The notes under the pieces are model-generated. The model saw only the letters and a program-made list of their open reading frames with translations. It ran no database searches and was not told where the DNA came from. From an uncultured Bacteroidales bacterium (lineage in GTDB: Bacteria > Bacteroidota > Bacteroidia > Bacteroidales > Bacteroidaceae), in assembly GCA_902779315.1 (NCBI GenBank), contig CACZBC010000004.1, positions 33,506-97,505 on the forward strand: a DNA stretch of 64,000 nucleotides, read 5' to 3'. Positions 18,038 to 26,870 of this stretch are shown one piece after another; the first letter of the stretch is position 1, and each line of letters opens with the position of its first letter. The position numbers were made by a program, and so were the translations under genes.

Positions 18038-18059
18038 CCAAAAAATTACGTGAAAAGCT

Positions 18060-18479
18060 ATGACTATTGCAGTTGACTTCGACGGAACTATCGTCGAACA
18101 CCGTTATCCCGAGATAGGCAAGGAGTTGCCCTTTGCCACACAAACCCTGAAAATGCTGATCGAGCAGCGCCACAAACTGATTCTGTGGAGCGTGCGCGAA
18201 GGCAAACTGCTGGACGACGCCGTGGAATGGTGCCGCCAGAGAGGTGTGGAATTCTATGCCGTGAACAAAGACTTCCCCGAAGAGGAGGAGAACAAGAACC
18301 AAAGCTTCAGCCGCAAAATAAAGGCCGACGTCTGGATAGACGACCGCAACCTGGGCGGTCTGCCCGACTGGGGGACCATCTACCAGATCATCACGGAAAA
18401 GAAGACCTACGAACAGGTTCTGCACGAACGACTCTCGGCCGAACTGCCCCAACCCAAAAAGAAATGGTGGCAGTTCTGA
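18060..18479 (+). CDS. small HAD-superfamily phosphatase-like protein
   Basis: N-terminal DxDGT motif (AVDFDGTIV). 139 aa. Confidence 0.7.
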   Translation: MTIAVDFDGTIVEHRYPEIGKELPFATQTLKMLIEQRHKLILWSVREGKLLDDAVEWCRQRGVEFYAVNKDFPEEEENKNQSFSRKIKADVWIDDRNLGGLPDWGTIYQIITEKKTYEQVLHERLSAELPQPKKKWWQF

Positions 18480-18605
18480 GCCATTTTTTAGCAGATTCGG
18501 AAAAATTCTGTCGGGAAATAAACGATACACATTAAACTTTTTCGTATATTTGCATATCAAATGTATATAAACAACATAAAAAACTCATAAAAAACACATC
18601 ATACT

Positions 18606-18773
18606 ATGGATTTGAAAAAGAACTTGGGCATCATCCTCATCGTGCTTGGTGCACTGTTGCTCATCATCAGCTACTTCGTTGATCTGGTGGACTACAACTT
18701 CTACAACCTTGGTGCACTGCTCATCATCATCGCTGGCATCATCACCCACATCGTCCAGACGAAAAGGAGTTAA
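18606..18773 (+). CDS. possible 55-aa two-helix membrane peptide
   Basis: MDLKKNLGIILIVLGALLLIISYFVDLVDYNFYNLGALLIIIAGIITHIVQTKRS. Below the ORF-track cutoff. Found by reading the gap between annotated genes. Confidence 0.4.
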   Translation: MDLKKNLGIILIVLGALLLIISYFVDLVDYNFYNLGALLIIIAGIITHIVQTKRS

Positions 18774-18815
18774 ATCACTCATCCTTAACTCTTTAACACC
18801 TAACTTCTCAAAGCC

Positions 18816-19466
18816 ATGACCACCACCCGTATCAAAATGGCTCTGTTCGCCGCGCTCTGCCTTAGCCTGAATGCCTTTGCGCAGTACGACGACGAATATG
18901 ACATCGAGGAATGGACTCTCGACGAAGAGGAAGAAGTCGCGCCAAAACCTCAACACAAAGAATACAAGAACGCTTTCTACCTGCAGTACTCGCCCTCGAG
19001 ATACAAGCCGGGCGAAGAACTGGACCGCATCCGTTTCGACGAGATGACAGTGGGTTATAGCCGCTTCATCGAGGTGGTGGAGGACATGCCCTATTTCGTG
19101 GAAGTGGGCGCAAACATGAAGTTTTCTTGGGAAACGAGCATCCTGAATGCCCGCGTCCTGACCTTCCGGATACCCGTCAACGTCATGTACAAATGGTATC
19201 TCTGGAAGGACAAGGACTATGCCATAGCACCCTTTGCCGGCGCCTCAATTCGTGCCATCGCAATGGCTCGGGAACACATGGAGGCGAAAAGTACCAGCCT
19301 GCTGAATGGCGGCGGTTGGAACCACTTCCAAGTGTCTTGGCAAACAGGCGTGCGCTTCTATCTGAAACGTTATTTCTTTGGCGTCAGCTACTCGCGCGAT
19401 TTCCGCGATTCAAGCAAATATCCTGGCGTCCGGGAGTGCGGCGTACACTTTGGCGTAGGATTCTAA
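18816..19466 (+). CDS. small outer-membrane beta-barrel protein
   Basis: Signal peptide (ALFAALCLSLNAFAQ), alternating beta pattern, and a C-terminal ...HFGVGF. Confidence 0.65.
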   Translation: MTTTRIKMALFAALCLSLNAFAQYDDEYDIEEWTLDEEEEVAPKPQHKEYKNAFYLQYSPSRYKPGEELDRIRFDEMTVGYSRFIEVVEDMPYFVEVGANMKFSWETSILNARVLTFRIPVNVMYKWYLWKDKDYAIAPFAGASIRAIAMAREHMEAKSTSLLNGGGWNHFQVSWQTGVRFYLKRYFFGVSYSRDFRDSSKYPGVRECGVHFGVGF

Positions 19467-19483
19467 GTCGCTGATCGGGAAAC

Positions 19484-19525
19484 AAAAAAGCCGTGCCTCT
19501 CATTCGGGACACGGCTTTCTTTTTA
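19484..19525. terminator. bidirectional intrinsic terminator between convergent genes
   Basis: AAAGCCGTG ... CACGGCTTT stem, flanked by an A-run on the left and a T-run on the right. Confidence 0.7.
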
Positions 19526-19732
19526 TCTTTGCTTGCGACGCGCCAACGGATCGCCGCTACTACCTTCCGACATATTCAGTTCCACATCCGGAACCAACTC
19601 GAGGATCTTGCCGTTTCGGCACACAACAAGGCTTTGACGGGCTGCACTGGCACGTTGCAAAAGGCGGTATTGCGCCTTGCGAACGCCCTCGTCTATCAGG
19701 CGTTGCATCTCCAGAATCTCTTTCTCTTTCAT
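19523..19732 (-). CDS. 69-aa protein translationally coupled to the upstream P-loop kinase (candidate antitoxin/partner)
   Basis: Its ATG overlaps the upstream TGA in ATGA (19729-19732). The sequence is charged and helical, with no recognisable family. Confidence 0.5.
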   Translation of the reverse strand: MKEKEILEMQRLIDEGVRKAQYRLLQRASAARQSLVVCRNGKILELVPDVELNMSEGSSGDPLARRKQR

Positions 19733-20337
19733 GCCTGTTCGCCCTCCTCCGGCTTGTTATATTTCTCTTGAAGCTGCTGGTAGGCCGCTTCGTCATAAAC
19801 CACAACTTTATCTCCACCCAGTCCCGATGCAATGTGAACGGCAGGACAATCGCTGTTGTCATAGAGCGACCAGCTGTCCACAACTGGCATGTAGAGCTGG
19901 AACAAGTTTGCCAAACCCGCTTCGTAGCGACGCAAAATGACTTCGGTCGGAATGTTGTGACCGCCCATTGCCACACGCTTTGCCACTCTGGCGACAGCTT
20001 GTTCCGGCGTGCTCAACAAGAAGAAAAGCAGCGTCACGAAGTAGCCGCGCTTTTGGGCTTGTCTGATGAGCTTCACATACGAACGTGTTGCCAACGTCGT
20101 CTCGAAAGCGAAAGTCTCGCCTTCCTTCAGCAGATAGATGATGCGGTCAATCATGAGTCGGCCCGCCTGGATGGCGACGCCTTCCGGATTGAAGGGAGAA
20201 AGACCGGCTGCTATCTCGTCGGCATTGACGAATTCGCGGCAACCCAACATCTCGGGCAACACCGTAAACGAGGCAGTCGTCTTGCCTGCGCCGTTGCAGC
20301 CCGCAATGATGTAAAGGTTCATTTTCTTCTTTTCCAT
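19729..20337 (-). CDS. zeta-toxin-like / COG4185-type P-loop kinase
   Basis: Walker A GCNGAGKTT near the N-terminus and about 200 aa, matching zeta/PezT-like kinase architecture. It begins 7 nt after the trmD stop. Confidence 0.65.
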   Translation of the reverse strand: MEKKKMNLYIIAGCNGAGKTTASFTVLPEMLGCREFVNADEIAAGLSPFNPEGVAIQAGRLMIDRIIYLLKEGETFAFETTLATRSYVKLIRQAQKRGYFVTLLFFLLSTPEQAVARVAKRVAMGGHNIPTEVILRRYEAGLANLFQLYMPVVDSWSLYDNSDCPAVHIASGLGGDKVVVYDEAAYQQLQEKYNKPEEGEQA

Positions 20338-20344
20338 ATCTCTT

Positions 20345-21061
20345 TTATTTGTTTTTTCCTTTCTTTTTAAGGCTTGGAACGGTTTCGCCCTTGAGCAAAT
20401 CGGGGCGAAGCCTTTGTGTACGCTCGATGCTTTGCTGCAGTTCCCACTCCTTTATCAAGCGTTCGTTGCCCGAAAGCAAGACCTCGGGCACCTTCCAGCC
20501 CTTGTATTCGGCAGGCCTGGTATAGACCGGAGCCGCCAAGAGGTTGTCCTGGAACGAGTCGGAAAGGGCGCTTTGCTCGTCCCCGATTACGCCCGGAACG
20601 ATGCGGACTATGGCGTCTGCCATTACAGCTGCCGCAAGTTCGCCACCCGTCAAGACATAGTCTCCGATGCTAACTTCCTTAGTTATAAGGTGTTCGCGAA
20701 TGCGATAATCGATGCCTTTATAGTGTCCGCAGAGAATAATGATGTTTTCGCAAAGCGAGAGACTGTTGGCCATCGGCTGGTCGAACTGTTCGCCGTCGGG
20801 CGTCGTGAAGATGATTTGGTCGTAAGGACGCTCAGCCGTCAAGGCCGAGATGCAACGGTCAATCGGTTCGCATTGCATCACCATACCGGCGAAACCGCCA
20901 AAAGGATAGTCATCCACACGACGCCACTTGTCCAAAGTATAGTCGCGAAGATTATGGATATGGATTTCCACCAAACCCTTCCTTTGCGCCCTTCCGACGA
21001 TGGATTCCTGCATGAAACCCTCAATCAGTTCGGGCAATACGGTGATGATGTCTATTCGCAT
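20345..21061 (-). CDS. trmD: tRNA (guanine37-N1)-methyltransferase
   Basis: [11 protein letters not shown]...DDYPFGGG-like...[13 protein letters not shown]-fold TrmD pattern over 238 aa. Confidence 0.95.
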   Translation of the reverse strand: MRIDIITVLPELIEGFMQESIVGRAQRKGLVEIHIHNLRDYTLDKWRRVDDYPFGGFAGMVMQCEPIDRCISALTAERPYDQIIFTTPDGEQFDQPMANSLSLCENIIILCGHYKGIDYRIREHLITKEVSIGDYVLTGGELAAAVMADAIVRIVPGVIGDEQSALSDSFQDNLLAAPVYTRPAEYKGWKVPEVLLSGNERLIKEWELQQSIERTQRLRPDLLKGETVPSLKKKGKNK

Positions 21062-21074
21062 TTTCCTATCTCAC

Positions 21075-21983
21075 TTATTCACACAATCCCACTATCTCGT
21101 TCACGCTCTTGAAACCATGTTTCTCGAGGTATTCGTCGATGCCCTTCGCCACCTTTACGCTGACTGTCGGATCGAGGAAATTGGCTGTTCCTATCTCAAT
21201 CGCGGAAGCCCCTGCAAGCAAGAACTCTATTGCATCCTTCGCATTGCTAATGCCGCCAAGACCGATGACGGGCACCCGTACTGCATGAGCAACCTGGTAA
21301 ACCATCCTCAAGGCAACAGGTTTGATGCAAGGTCCGCTAAGTCCTCCCGTTCCGATACTCAAGACGCGTTTGCGCTTCTCGATGTCGATAGCCATTCCCA
21401 TCAAAGTGTTTATGAGGCTAACTGCATCTGCACCAGCATCTTGCACGGCAAGTGCGATGTCCGTAACGCTTGTCACGTTTGGCGAAAGTTTCACGATGAG
21501 CGTCTTCCCGTAGGCCTCCCTGACAGCCTTTACGACACTCGACGCTCCCTCGGTCGTCGTTCCGAAAGCCATTCCGCCGTGTTTGACGTTCGGGCAGGAG
21601 ATGTTGAGCTCTATCGCTGGAATGCAATCGAGTTCATTGATGCGGGCTGCACATTCGGCGTAGTCCTCGGGCGAGTTGCCCGAGACATTCACGATCATGT
21701 TGGTCTTGATGTCCTTTATCTGAGGGTAGATTTGCTTGCAAAAGTAGTCGACGCCCTTGTTCTGAAGGCCGACACAATTGAGCATACCCTGGGCCGTTTC
21801 AGCCATTCTGGGGTAAGGATTGCCTTCGCGAGGCTGCAAAGTGGTGCCCTTCACGATGATGCCGCCAAGCTGACTCAGGTCGATAAAGTCTTGATACTCT
21901 ATGCCATAGCCAAATGTTCCGCTTGCCGTAAGCACCGGATTCACGAGCTCCAAACCAGCTATATTTACGCGCAAATCTGCCAT
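21075..21983 (-). CDS. pyrD: dihydroorotate dehydrogenase, catalytic subunit (class 1B)
   Basis: [11 protein letters not shown] active-site Cys loop and a TIM-barrel FMN-binding pattern. Paired with pyrK upstream. Confidence 0.93.
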   Translation of the reverse strand: MADLRVNIAGLELVNPVLTASGTFGYGIEYQDFIDLSQLGGIIVKGTTLQPREGNPYPRMAETAQGMLNCVGLQNKGVDYFCKQIYPQIKDIKTNMIVNVSGNSPEDYAECAARINELDCIPAIELNISCPNVKHGGMAFGTTTEGASSVVKAVREAYGKTLIVKLSPNVTSVTDIALAVQDAGADAVSLINTLMGMAIDIEKRKRVLSIGTGGLSGPCIKPVALRMVYQVAHAVRVPVIGLGGISNAKDAIEFLLAGASAIEIGTANFLDPTVSVKVAKGIDEYLEKHGFKSVNEIVGLCE

Positions 21984-22022
21984 CTTTCTCTTTCTCCTAT
22001 TGTCTCTTTTTCAATGTCCCCA

Positions 22023-22154
22023 GTGACGATGCCGAACGTCTAACGTGACGATTGCAAACATCTAACGTGACAAATGCGATTTAACAACGTGACGTTTGCA
22101 TTTTAACAACGTGACGTTTACGATTTAACCACGTTATGTTTCGACGCTTCACCA
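22023..22154. repeat. 22-bp-period tandem array (array c), six units, between pyrK and pyrD
   Basis: Units start exactly at 22023, 22045, 22067, 22089, 22111 and 22133 (GTGACGATTGCAAACATCTAAC, GTGACGTTTGCATTTTAACAAC and others). The last unit overlaps the pyrK stop. Confidence 0.9.
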
Positions 22155-22922
22155 TTTCAATTTCTCCACATCAAACACGGGCCCTTCCTTGCAGACACAG
22201 ACATTACCGTCCTTCGTGTCTTCTACGCAGCAAAGGCAAGCGCCCAAACCGCATGCCATCATGTTTTCGAGGCTGACTTCACACTTCGTTCCGACCTGTT
22301 TTGCATAGCAAGCCATTGCCATCATCATAGGTTTAGGTCCACAAACAGAGATGTTGTCGAACTTCTCTCTCTGCAAGACACTGTGTTGCGTGACGAAGCC
22401 TTTCTCGCCTTCCGAACCGTCTTCCGTAGTCACATAGACTTCGCCCAAAGCCCGATAGGCATCGAGCCTGATCAGGTCCGACTTGCTGCGAGCTCCGAGC
22501 AAAAACGTGGGGCGGACACCCATCTTCAGCATCGCCTCTCCCATGAAAAGGAGGGGAGCAATGCCGACACCACCTCCGACGAGCAGAAACTTCTGTTCCG
22601 CCGACGTAGGCATCGTGAAACCTCTGCCGAGAGGCAAGATGGCGTTCAACGTCGAACCTGGGCGTTTCTGCCAAAGCGACGCCGTTCCCTTTCCGACCTT
22701 CTGCACGAGAAAGCTGACCTCATTCTTCTCATAATCAACATGATGCAGGCTGATAGGACGGCGCAGGAACGTGTCCTTGTTGTCATCGATGCGGAGCTGA
22801 GCGAACTGACCTGGGTTCATCTCAGGAAGGGGACCCGCAGGATTGGTCGCGTCAAGCAAGAGATAGCGTTCACCAGGTTGCTCGACGGAGGTGACTTGCA
22901 AGTCCAAAACGTACTTCCTCAT
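22149..22922 (-). CDS. pyrK: dihydroorotate dehydrogenase electron-transfer subunit
   Basis: Start set at MRKYVLDL, 25 nt after a -7 box. RRPISL FAD motif and a C-terminal 2Fe-2S cysteine cluster (CGLGACLCCV...CVC). Confidence 0.9.
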   Translation of the reverse strand: MRKYVLDLQVTSVEQPGERYLLLDATNPAGPLPEMNPGQFAQLRIDDNKDTFLRRPISLHHVDYEKNEVSFLVQKVGKGTASLWQKRPGSTLNAILPLGRGFTMPTSAEQKFLLVGGGVGIAPLLFMGEAMLKMGVRPTFLLGARSKSDLIRLDAYRALGEVYVTTEDGSEGEKGFVTQHSVLQREKFDNISVCGPKPMMMAMACYAKQVGTKCEVSLENMMACGLGACLCCVEDTKDGNVCVCKEGPVFDVEKLKW

Positions 22923-22947
22923 ATACATTATTATATATATCGCGCTG

Positions 22948-22955
22948 CAAAGGTA
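22948..22955 (-). promoter_or_regulatory. -7 promoter box TAccTTTG for pyrK
   Basis: TAnnTTTG match 25 nt upstream of the ATG at 22922. Confidence 0.55.
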
Positions 22956-22986
22956 CAAAAAAATCGGAACATAAAACTATGTTCCG
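22956..22986 (-). terminator. intrinsic terminator of the XRE-type gene
   Basis: On the minus strand, CGGAACAT-AGTTTT-ATGTTCCG is followed by ATTTTTTT. Confidence 0.7.
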
Positions 22987-23010
22987 ACATTTTTCATTGC
23001 TTATGGGAGT

Positions 23011-23131
23011 GTTTTGCAACACTCTGCACGATGTTTCCCTTCACTCAGCACGGCGTTTTTCAACACTCTGCACGATGTTTCCCTTAACTCTGCACGATGT
23101 TTCCCTTCACTCAGCGTGGTGTTTTTCCATC
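23011..23131. repeat. diverged 22-bp-phased tandem array (array i), A-B-A-A-B pattern
   Basis: CTCTGCACGATGTTTCCCTT occurs at 23022, 23066 and 23088. CACTCAGC(A/G)(C/T)GG(C/T)GTTTTTC occurs at 23042 and 23108. All spacings are multiples of 22. Confidence 0.85.
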
Positions 23132-23582
23132 ACTTTGCAGAGAAAGTTTCGTACGTTCCGTCGTCGTAAAACACTCTGATTTCTGCGATTTTCCGCGAAG
23201 GTTTGTCAAATATTTTTCCTTCCAAGGTCAAATTCGAGGTTTGAGGGGGCATCTGTTGAGGGGTTGCAAAATGCTCAACAAAGCCTGGTTGAATGGGGAT
23301 GCCTGAATGCGGAGTCGAAACGGAAGAAGATCCGGCTTCGTTCGCCTCGACTTGGGTTGGATTTGTAGGGGAAGAAGCGAACATCTCGCCCTTGCCATTC
23401 ATCAGCCAATCCATATTGACTTCCGGAAAACGTTCGTGAATATTGTTCACAGTGTTGAGCGACGGATTGGTCCTTCCGCTGAAAATGCTCGAAAGCGTTC
23501 CTTCCGAAATGCATATCTCGGCAGCAAAATTCTTCTGGGACATTCCCAGATGTTTCATGAGAGCATTGATTCGGTCTTTCAT
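23130..23582 (-). CDS. XRE-family helix-turn-helix protein
   Basis: N-terminal HTH (LMKHLGMSQKNFAAEICISEGTLSSIFSGRTNPSLNTV), a low-complexity linker and a small C-terminal domain. Confidence 0.8.
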   Translation of the reverse strand: MKDRINALMKHLGMSQKNFAAEICISEGTLSSIFSGRTNPSLNTVNNIHERFPEVNMDWLMNGKGEMFASSPTNPTQVEANEAGSSSVSTPHSGIPIQPGFVEHFATPQQMPPQTSNLTLEGKIFDKPSRKIAEIRVFYDDGTYETFSAK

Positions 23583-23631
23583 TGTCTATGTATCTGTTAT
23601 TTCTGTGCCCGTTTGAGTATCTAAACCGTTG

Positions 23632-23639
23632 CAAAGGTA
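23632..23639 (-). promoter_or_regulatory. -7 promoter box TAccTTTG
   Basis: TAnnTTTG match 50 nt upstream of the ATG at 23582. Confidence 0.5.
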
Positions 23640-24342
23640 CAAAATTAAGTTCAAACAACCAAACTTTACCTTTGGAAATTTAACAAACGCCACACAATTA
23701 AAATTTTCAAATCAACATTCGCAAAACTAAATATAACCTGCCTGAAGATGCGGGTTTATAAATCAAAACTTCAAAACTGGCTCAAAATCCGCTTAAAGTA
23801 AGCAAGTTACACAAAATCTTGCAATTTACTGGGTTTGAATATGTAATGACAGGCAAAATTTAGCATTTCACATCAGATTTGGCGAGTTTTTGCATCAAAG
23901 GGTACCGCATGTGCAATCTATCACTCTTTTAGTTTTAACAATTCCTTGTTATTCGCTGGTTTACAATGATATATGAAGCTAAAAATGCTGTGCATAAGAT
24001 TTCATTCAATTATGCAATACCCCAAGTTTGGGTTTTGAGTGATGGGTTTTAAAGTTTGAATTGCAGTTCAACGTATATGGGAGTTTTGTAAATCAAACCA
24101 TCTCTTCAGTTTGGTTTTGTGAGGATTTGACGAGTTTTACGTTTTCAAATTCAAATGGGGTGAAAACACGAAAAAACAGCCAAAATCAGGAAAAACGGCG
24201 TTTTTTGCGTTCGTTCGGAGCGAGGGCAAGGTTGGGGATTTTCGTGCGATTCTCAGAAGGTATGAATCCCACATAAACCGCTTTATTTCAGCGAATAAGG
24301 GGCAAAATCGTGCTTCGCGACGCGAAACAAAATAGAAAGATT

Positions 24343-25359
24343 TTAGTGCAAAATAAAGAAAATCAGGTCCTGAAGAAGCTCTTCATGAGGCGTTCTTACG
24401 CCCCCTACTCCCTTACTTTGGGCGTCAGTTTTGCGTATTTCACTCAAAATTTGCATTACTTTCACTCCGGAGTAGTTTCGACGGGCCGGTCCGATATCCA
24501 TCCTGATCTTCCATTCTGGCTTCCCCAACCAGGCTGCTATGCCGGCATCGTTCTTTTCGGGAGCATAAAACGCGAGCATAACATCGGAAAAAAATGTAAA
24601 TAAATTTGTCAGCGTTCTTGTGATGAAGAAGCTGCGAGGATTGCCTTGATAGTACTTTACGATTTGGTTGGCGCGGAAGATGTTTCGTTGCGCGAGGGCG
24701 GACTGCAGTTCAAAGTCGTTGAAGTCCTTGCTCACCCCAGTCTGTTCTTCGACGAGCGAAGCCCCTACTACCCTACCTCCGTTCAGAGCGAGGAGCAACT
24801 TGTCCATTTCCGTGGTGAGTCGGCTAAGGTCGGAACCGACGTGACTGGCAAGCATTTGGATGGCTTGGGGCTCGACATCGACATTATGTTTATGAAGATA
24901 TTGCGAGATGAAGGATGCGACCTGATTGTCGTAGAGACGTTTGCTTTCGTAGATGACGCCGACTTGCTGAATGGCTTTGGCAGCGGCTTTGCGTGTGTCG
25001 AGTTTGCCGTGCTTGTGGCAAAAGATGAGGACCGTTGTGGGTGTGAGGTGAGCGAGATAGGTCTCGAGCCCTTCGATGGAACGCATGGCCTGCGCTTCCC
25101 TGACGAGCACGACGCGCTTTTCCGCCATCATGGGATAGGCGTGAGCGAGTTCTATGACTTTGTCCATCTCGGCTTCGGCGCCATAGAGGATGTCGAGGTT
25201 GAAGTCCTTCTCGTCTTCCGTCAGCACGGCTTCGACGATGGCATCGCTCAGTTTGTCAATGAAGTAGTCTTCATCGCCCATGAGATAATAGACGGGAGCC
25301 ACCTTCTTCGCTTTCAAGTCGCGCAGGATGTCGTCGTATGTGATGCCTTTTGCTGCCAT
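24343..25359 (-). CDS. holA: DNA polymerase III delta subunit
   Basis: 338 aa with N-terminal ...VYYLMGDEDYFIDK... and clamp-loader delta architecture. Confidence 0.85.
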   Translation of the reverse strand: MAAKGITYDDILRDLKAKKVAPVYYLMGDEDYFIDKLSDAIVEAVLTEDEKDFNLDILYGAEAEMDKVIELAHAYPMMAEKRVVLVREAQAMRSIEGLETYLAHLTPTTVLIFCHKHGKLDTRKAAAKAIQQVGVIYESKRLYDNQVASFISQYLHKHNVDVEPQAIQMLASHVGSDLSRLTTEMDKLLLALNGGRVVGASLVEEQTGVSKDFNDFELQSALAQRNIFRANQIVKYYQGNPRSFFITRTLTNLFTFFSDVMLAFYAPEKNDAGIAAWLGKPEWKIRMDIGPARRNYSGVKVMQILSEIRKTDAQSKGVGGVRTPHEELLQDLIFFILH

Positions 25360-25405
25360 GGTGAATATTCGGGCAAACCTTGATGAACAGGCGGTCTGGC
25401 CTTGT

Positions 25406-26182
25406 TTAATAGTCGAATTTCAGGTGTTTGACGGTCTTCTTGTCCTGCTTGATCATTTCGAGGGCTTGGATGCCTATCTTCACGTGATCCATGACATAGC
25501 CGGCCGTGACTTGACGGTCGCTTTCGCTGGTCTTCACGCCTTCGGGCGTCATGGGATTGTCGCTGACGAGGAGGAGGGCTCCTACGGGAATGTGATTGGC
25601 GAACCCGCATGTGAAGAGGGTTGCCGTCTCCATATCCACGGCCATCGCCCGCGTCACTCGGAGGTGCTCCTTGAAGTGTTCGTCGTGTTCCCAAACGCGT
25701 CGGTTGGTGGTGTAGACTGTTCCCGTCCAATAATCGAAGCCAAGGTCGCGAATGGTGGAGCTGACTGCACGTTGAAGCATGAACGCGGGCAGGGCCGGCA
25801 CTTCGGGCGGGAAGTAGTCGTTGCTGGTACCCTCTCCCCGTATGCCTGCTATGGGGAGGACGAGGTCGCCCCGTTGCGTCTTGGGCGAGATGCCTCCGCA
25901 TTTGCCTAGGAAGAGGCACGCTTTCGGCTTGATGGCGCTCAGCAAGTCCATGATAATCGCAGCGTTAGGGCTTCCCATGCCGAAGTTGATGATGGTGATT
26001 CCGTCGGCCGTGGCACAACGCATGTTCGAGGTGTAATCTGGTTTTTCGATGCCGAAGGTATCGCAGAAAATGTCCACATAGTTGTTGAAATTCGTGAGCA
26101 GAATGTAATTTCCGAAGCTCTCGAGTGGCATTTGCGTGTATCTTGGCAGCCAATTCTCCACGATTTCTTGCTTTGTCTTCAT
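25406..26182 (-). CDS. amn: AMP nucleosidase (short, PNP/UDP_1 fold)
   Basis: Start set at MKTKQEIVENWLPRYT, 19 nt after a -7 box. Nucleoside-phosphorylase-fold motifs (GMGSPNAA, GKCGG, MET). Confidence 0.75.
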   Translation of the reverse strand: MKTKQEIVENWLPRYTQMPLESFGNYILLTNFNNYVDIFCDTFGIEKPDYTSNMRCATADGITIINFGMGSPNAAIIMDLLSAIKPKACLFLGKCGGISPKTQRGDLVLPIAGIRGEGTSNDYFPPEVPALPAFMLQRAVSSTIRDLGFDYWTGTVYTTNRRVWEHDEHFKEHLRVTRAMAVDMETATLFTCGFANHIPVGALLLVSDNPMTPEGVKTSESDRQVTAGYVMDHVKIGIQALEMIKQDKKTVKHLKFDY

Positions 26183-26190
26183 CTTTTGTG

Positions 26191-26198
26191 TAATTTTG
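26191..26198 (+). promoter_or_regulatory. -7 promoter box TAatTTTG
   Basis: TAnnTTTG match 25 nt upstream of the ATG at 26224. Back-to-back with the divergent box at 26202-26209. Confidence 0.5.
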
Positions 26199-26201
26199 CA
26201 G

Positions 26202-26209
26202 CAAATATA
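26202..26209 (-). promoter_or_regulatory. -7 promoter box TAtaTTTG
   Basis: TAnnTTTG match 19 nt upstream of the ATG at 26182. Confidence 0.5.
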
Positions 26210-26223
26210 CGAAAAAAAACGAT

Positions 26224-26682
26224 ATGCAGGAACTGAACCTTCCAAAAACGGAGCTTAAAATAGCGACAAAGGACGGAAAGCAACAGGTTTTCGACATTCT
26301 GAGGCGGAAATATGTGGCTCTGACGCCCGAAGAATGGGTTCGTCAGCACTTCGTACACTACCTGATCGCCCAGAAGAACTATCCTGCAGAATGCATCGGC
26401 AACGAGGTGTCCATCACGCTGAACGGCACGAGGAAACGCTGCGACTCGGTTGTTTACGGGCAACAGGCTGAGCCCTTGATGATTGTGGAGTACAAAGCGC
26501 CGAATGTTGACATTTCGCAGCAGGTCTTCGAACAGATCAGCCGATACAATTTCAAGCTGAAGGTGGGGTGGCTGATTGTGAGCAACGGATTGCAACATTA
26601 CTGCTGCCAGATTGACTACGGAAGCGGCTCCTACCGTTTCGTCGAGGACATTCCGGCGTACGACGACATCAAGGGAGTTTAG
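26224..26682 (+). CDS. stand-alone HsdR-N-terminal-like (PD-(D/E)xK nuclease fold) domain protein
   Basis: 152 aa. ...RCDSVVY...PLMIVEYKAP... fits the D...E-x-K pattern. Confidence 0.65.
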   Translation: MQELNLPKTELKIATKDGKQQVFDILRRKYVALTPEEWVRQHFVHYLIAQKNYPAECIGNEVSITLNGTRKRCDSVVYGQQAEPLMIVEYKAPNVDISQQVFEQISRYNFKLKVGWLIVSNGLQHYCCQIDYGSGSYRFVEDIPAYDDIKGV

Positions 26683-26813
26683 GTCGCCTGCCACGTTCCC
26701 AAACGTCACACTAGTAAATCCCAAACATCACACTATACGATTGCATTCGTCACACTATACGTTTGCATTCGTCGCACTATACGTTTGCAATCGTCGAACA
26801 TCGGGTTCAAAAG
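26683..26813. repeat. 22-bp-period tandem array (array d)
   Basis: Units at 26704, 26726, 26748 and 26770 (CGTCACACTAGTAAATCCCAAA, CGTCACACTATACGTTTGCATT and others), plus degenerate flanking units. Confidence 0.9.
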
Positions 26814-26847
26814 AAGGGCGTGCCTCCGTTCTGCAGAAGCACGCCCC
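26808..26847 (-). terminator. intrinsic terminator of the zinc-ribbon gene
   Basis: GGGCGTGC ... GCACGCCC 8-bp stem, followed on the minus strand by TTCTTTTG. Confidence 0.6.
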
Positions 26848-26870
26848 CATTGTGTCCTGAAGGGTGAGGC

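Noticed and set aside
22979-23306. ORFs 22979-23179 and 23097-23306 on the plus strand.
   Set aside because: They are translations of tandem repeat array i (repeated HDVSLHSA peptide) and of the antisense of the XRE-family gene. They are artefacts of the repeat.
24061-24603. ORFs 24061-24276 (71 aa) and 24310-24603 (97 aa).
   Set aside because: The first lies in AT-rich low-complexity DNA with no promoter box. The second mostly overlaps the 3' end of holA on the opposite strand.
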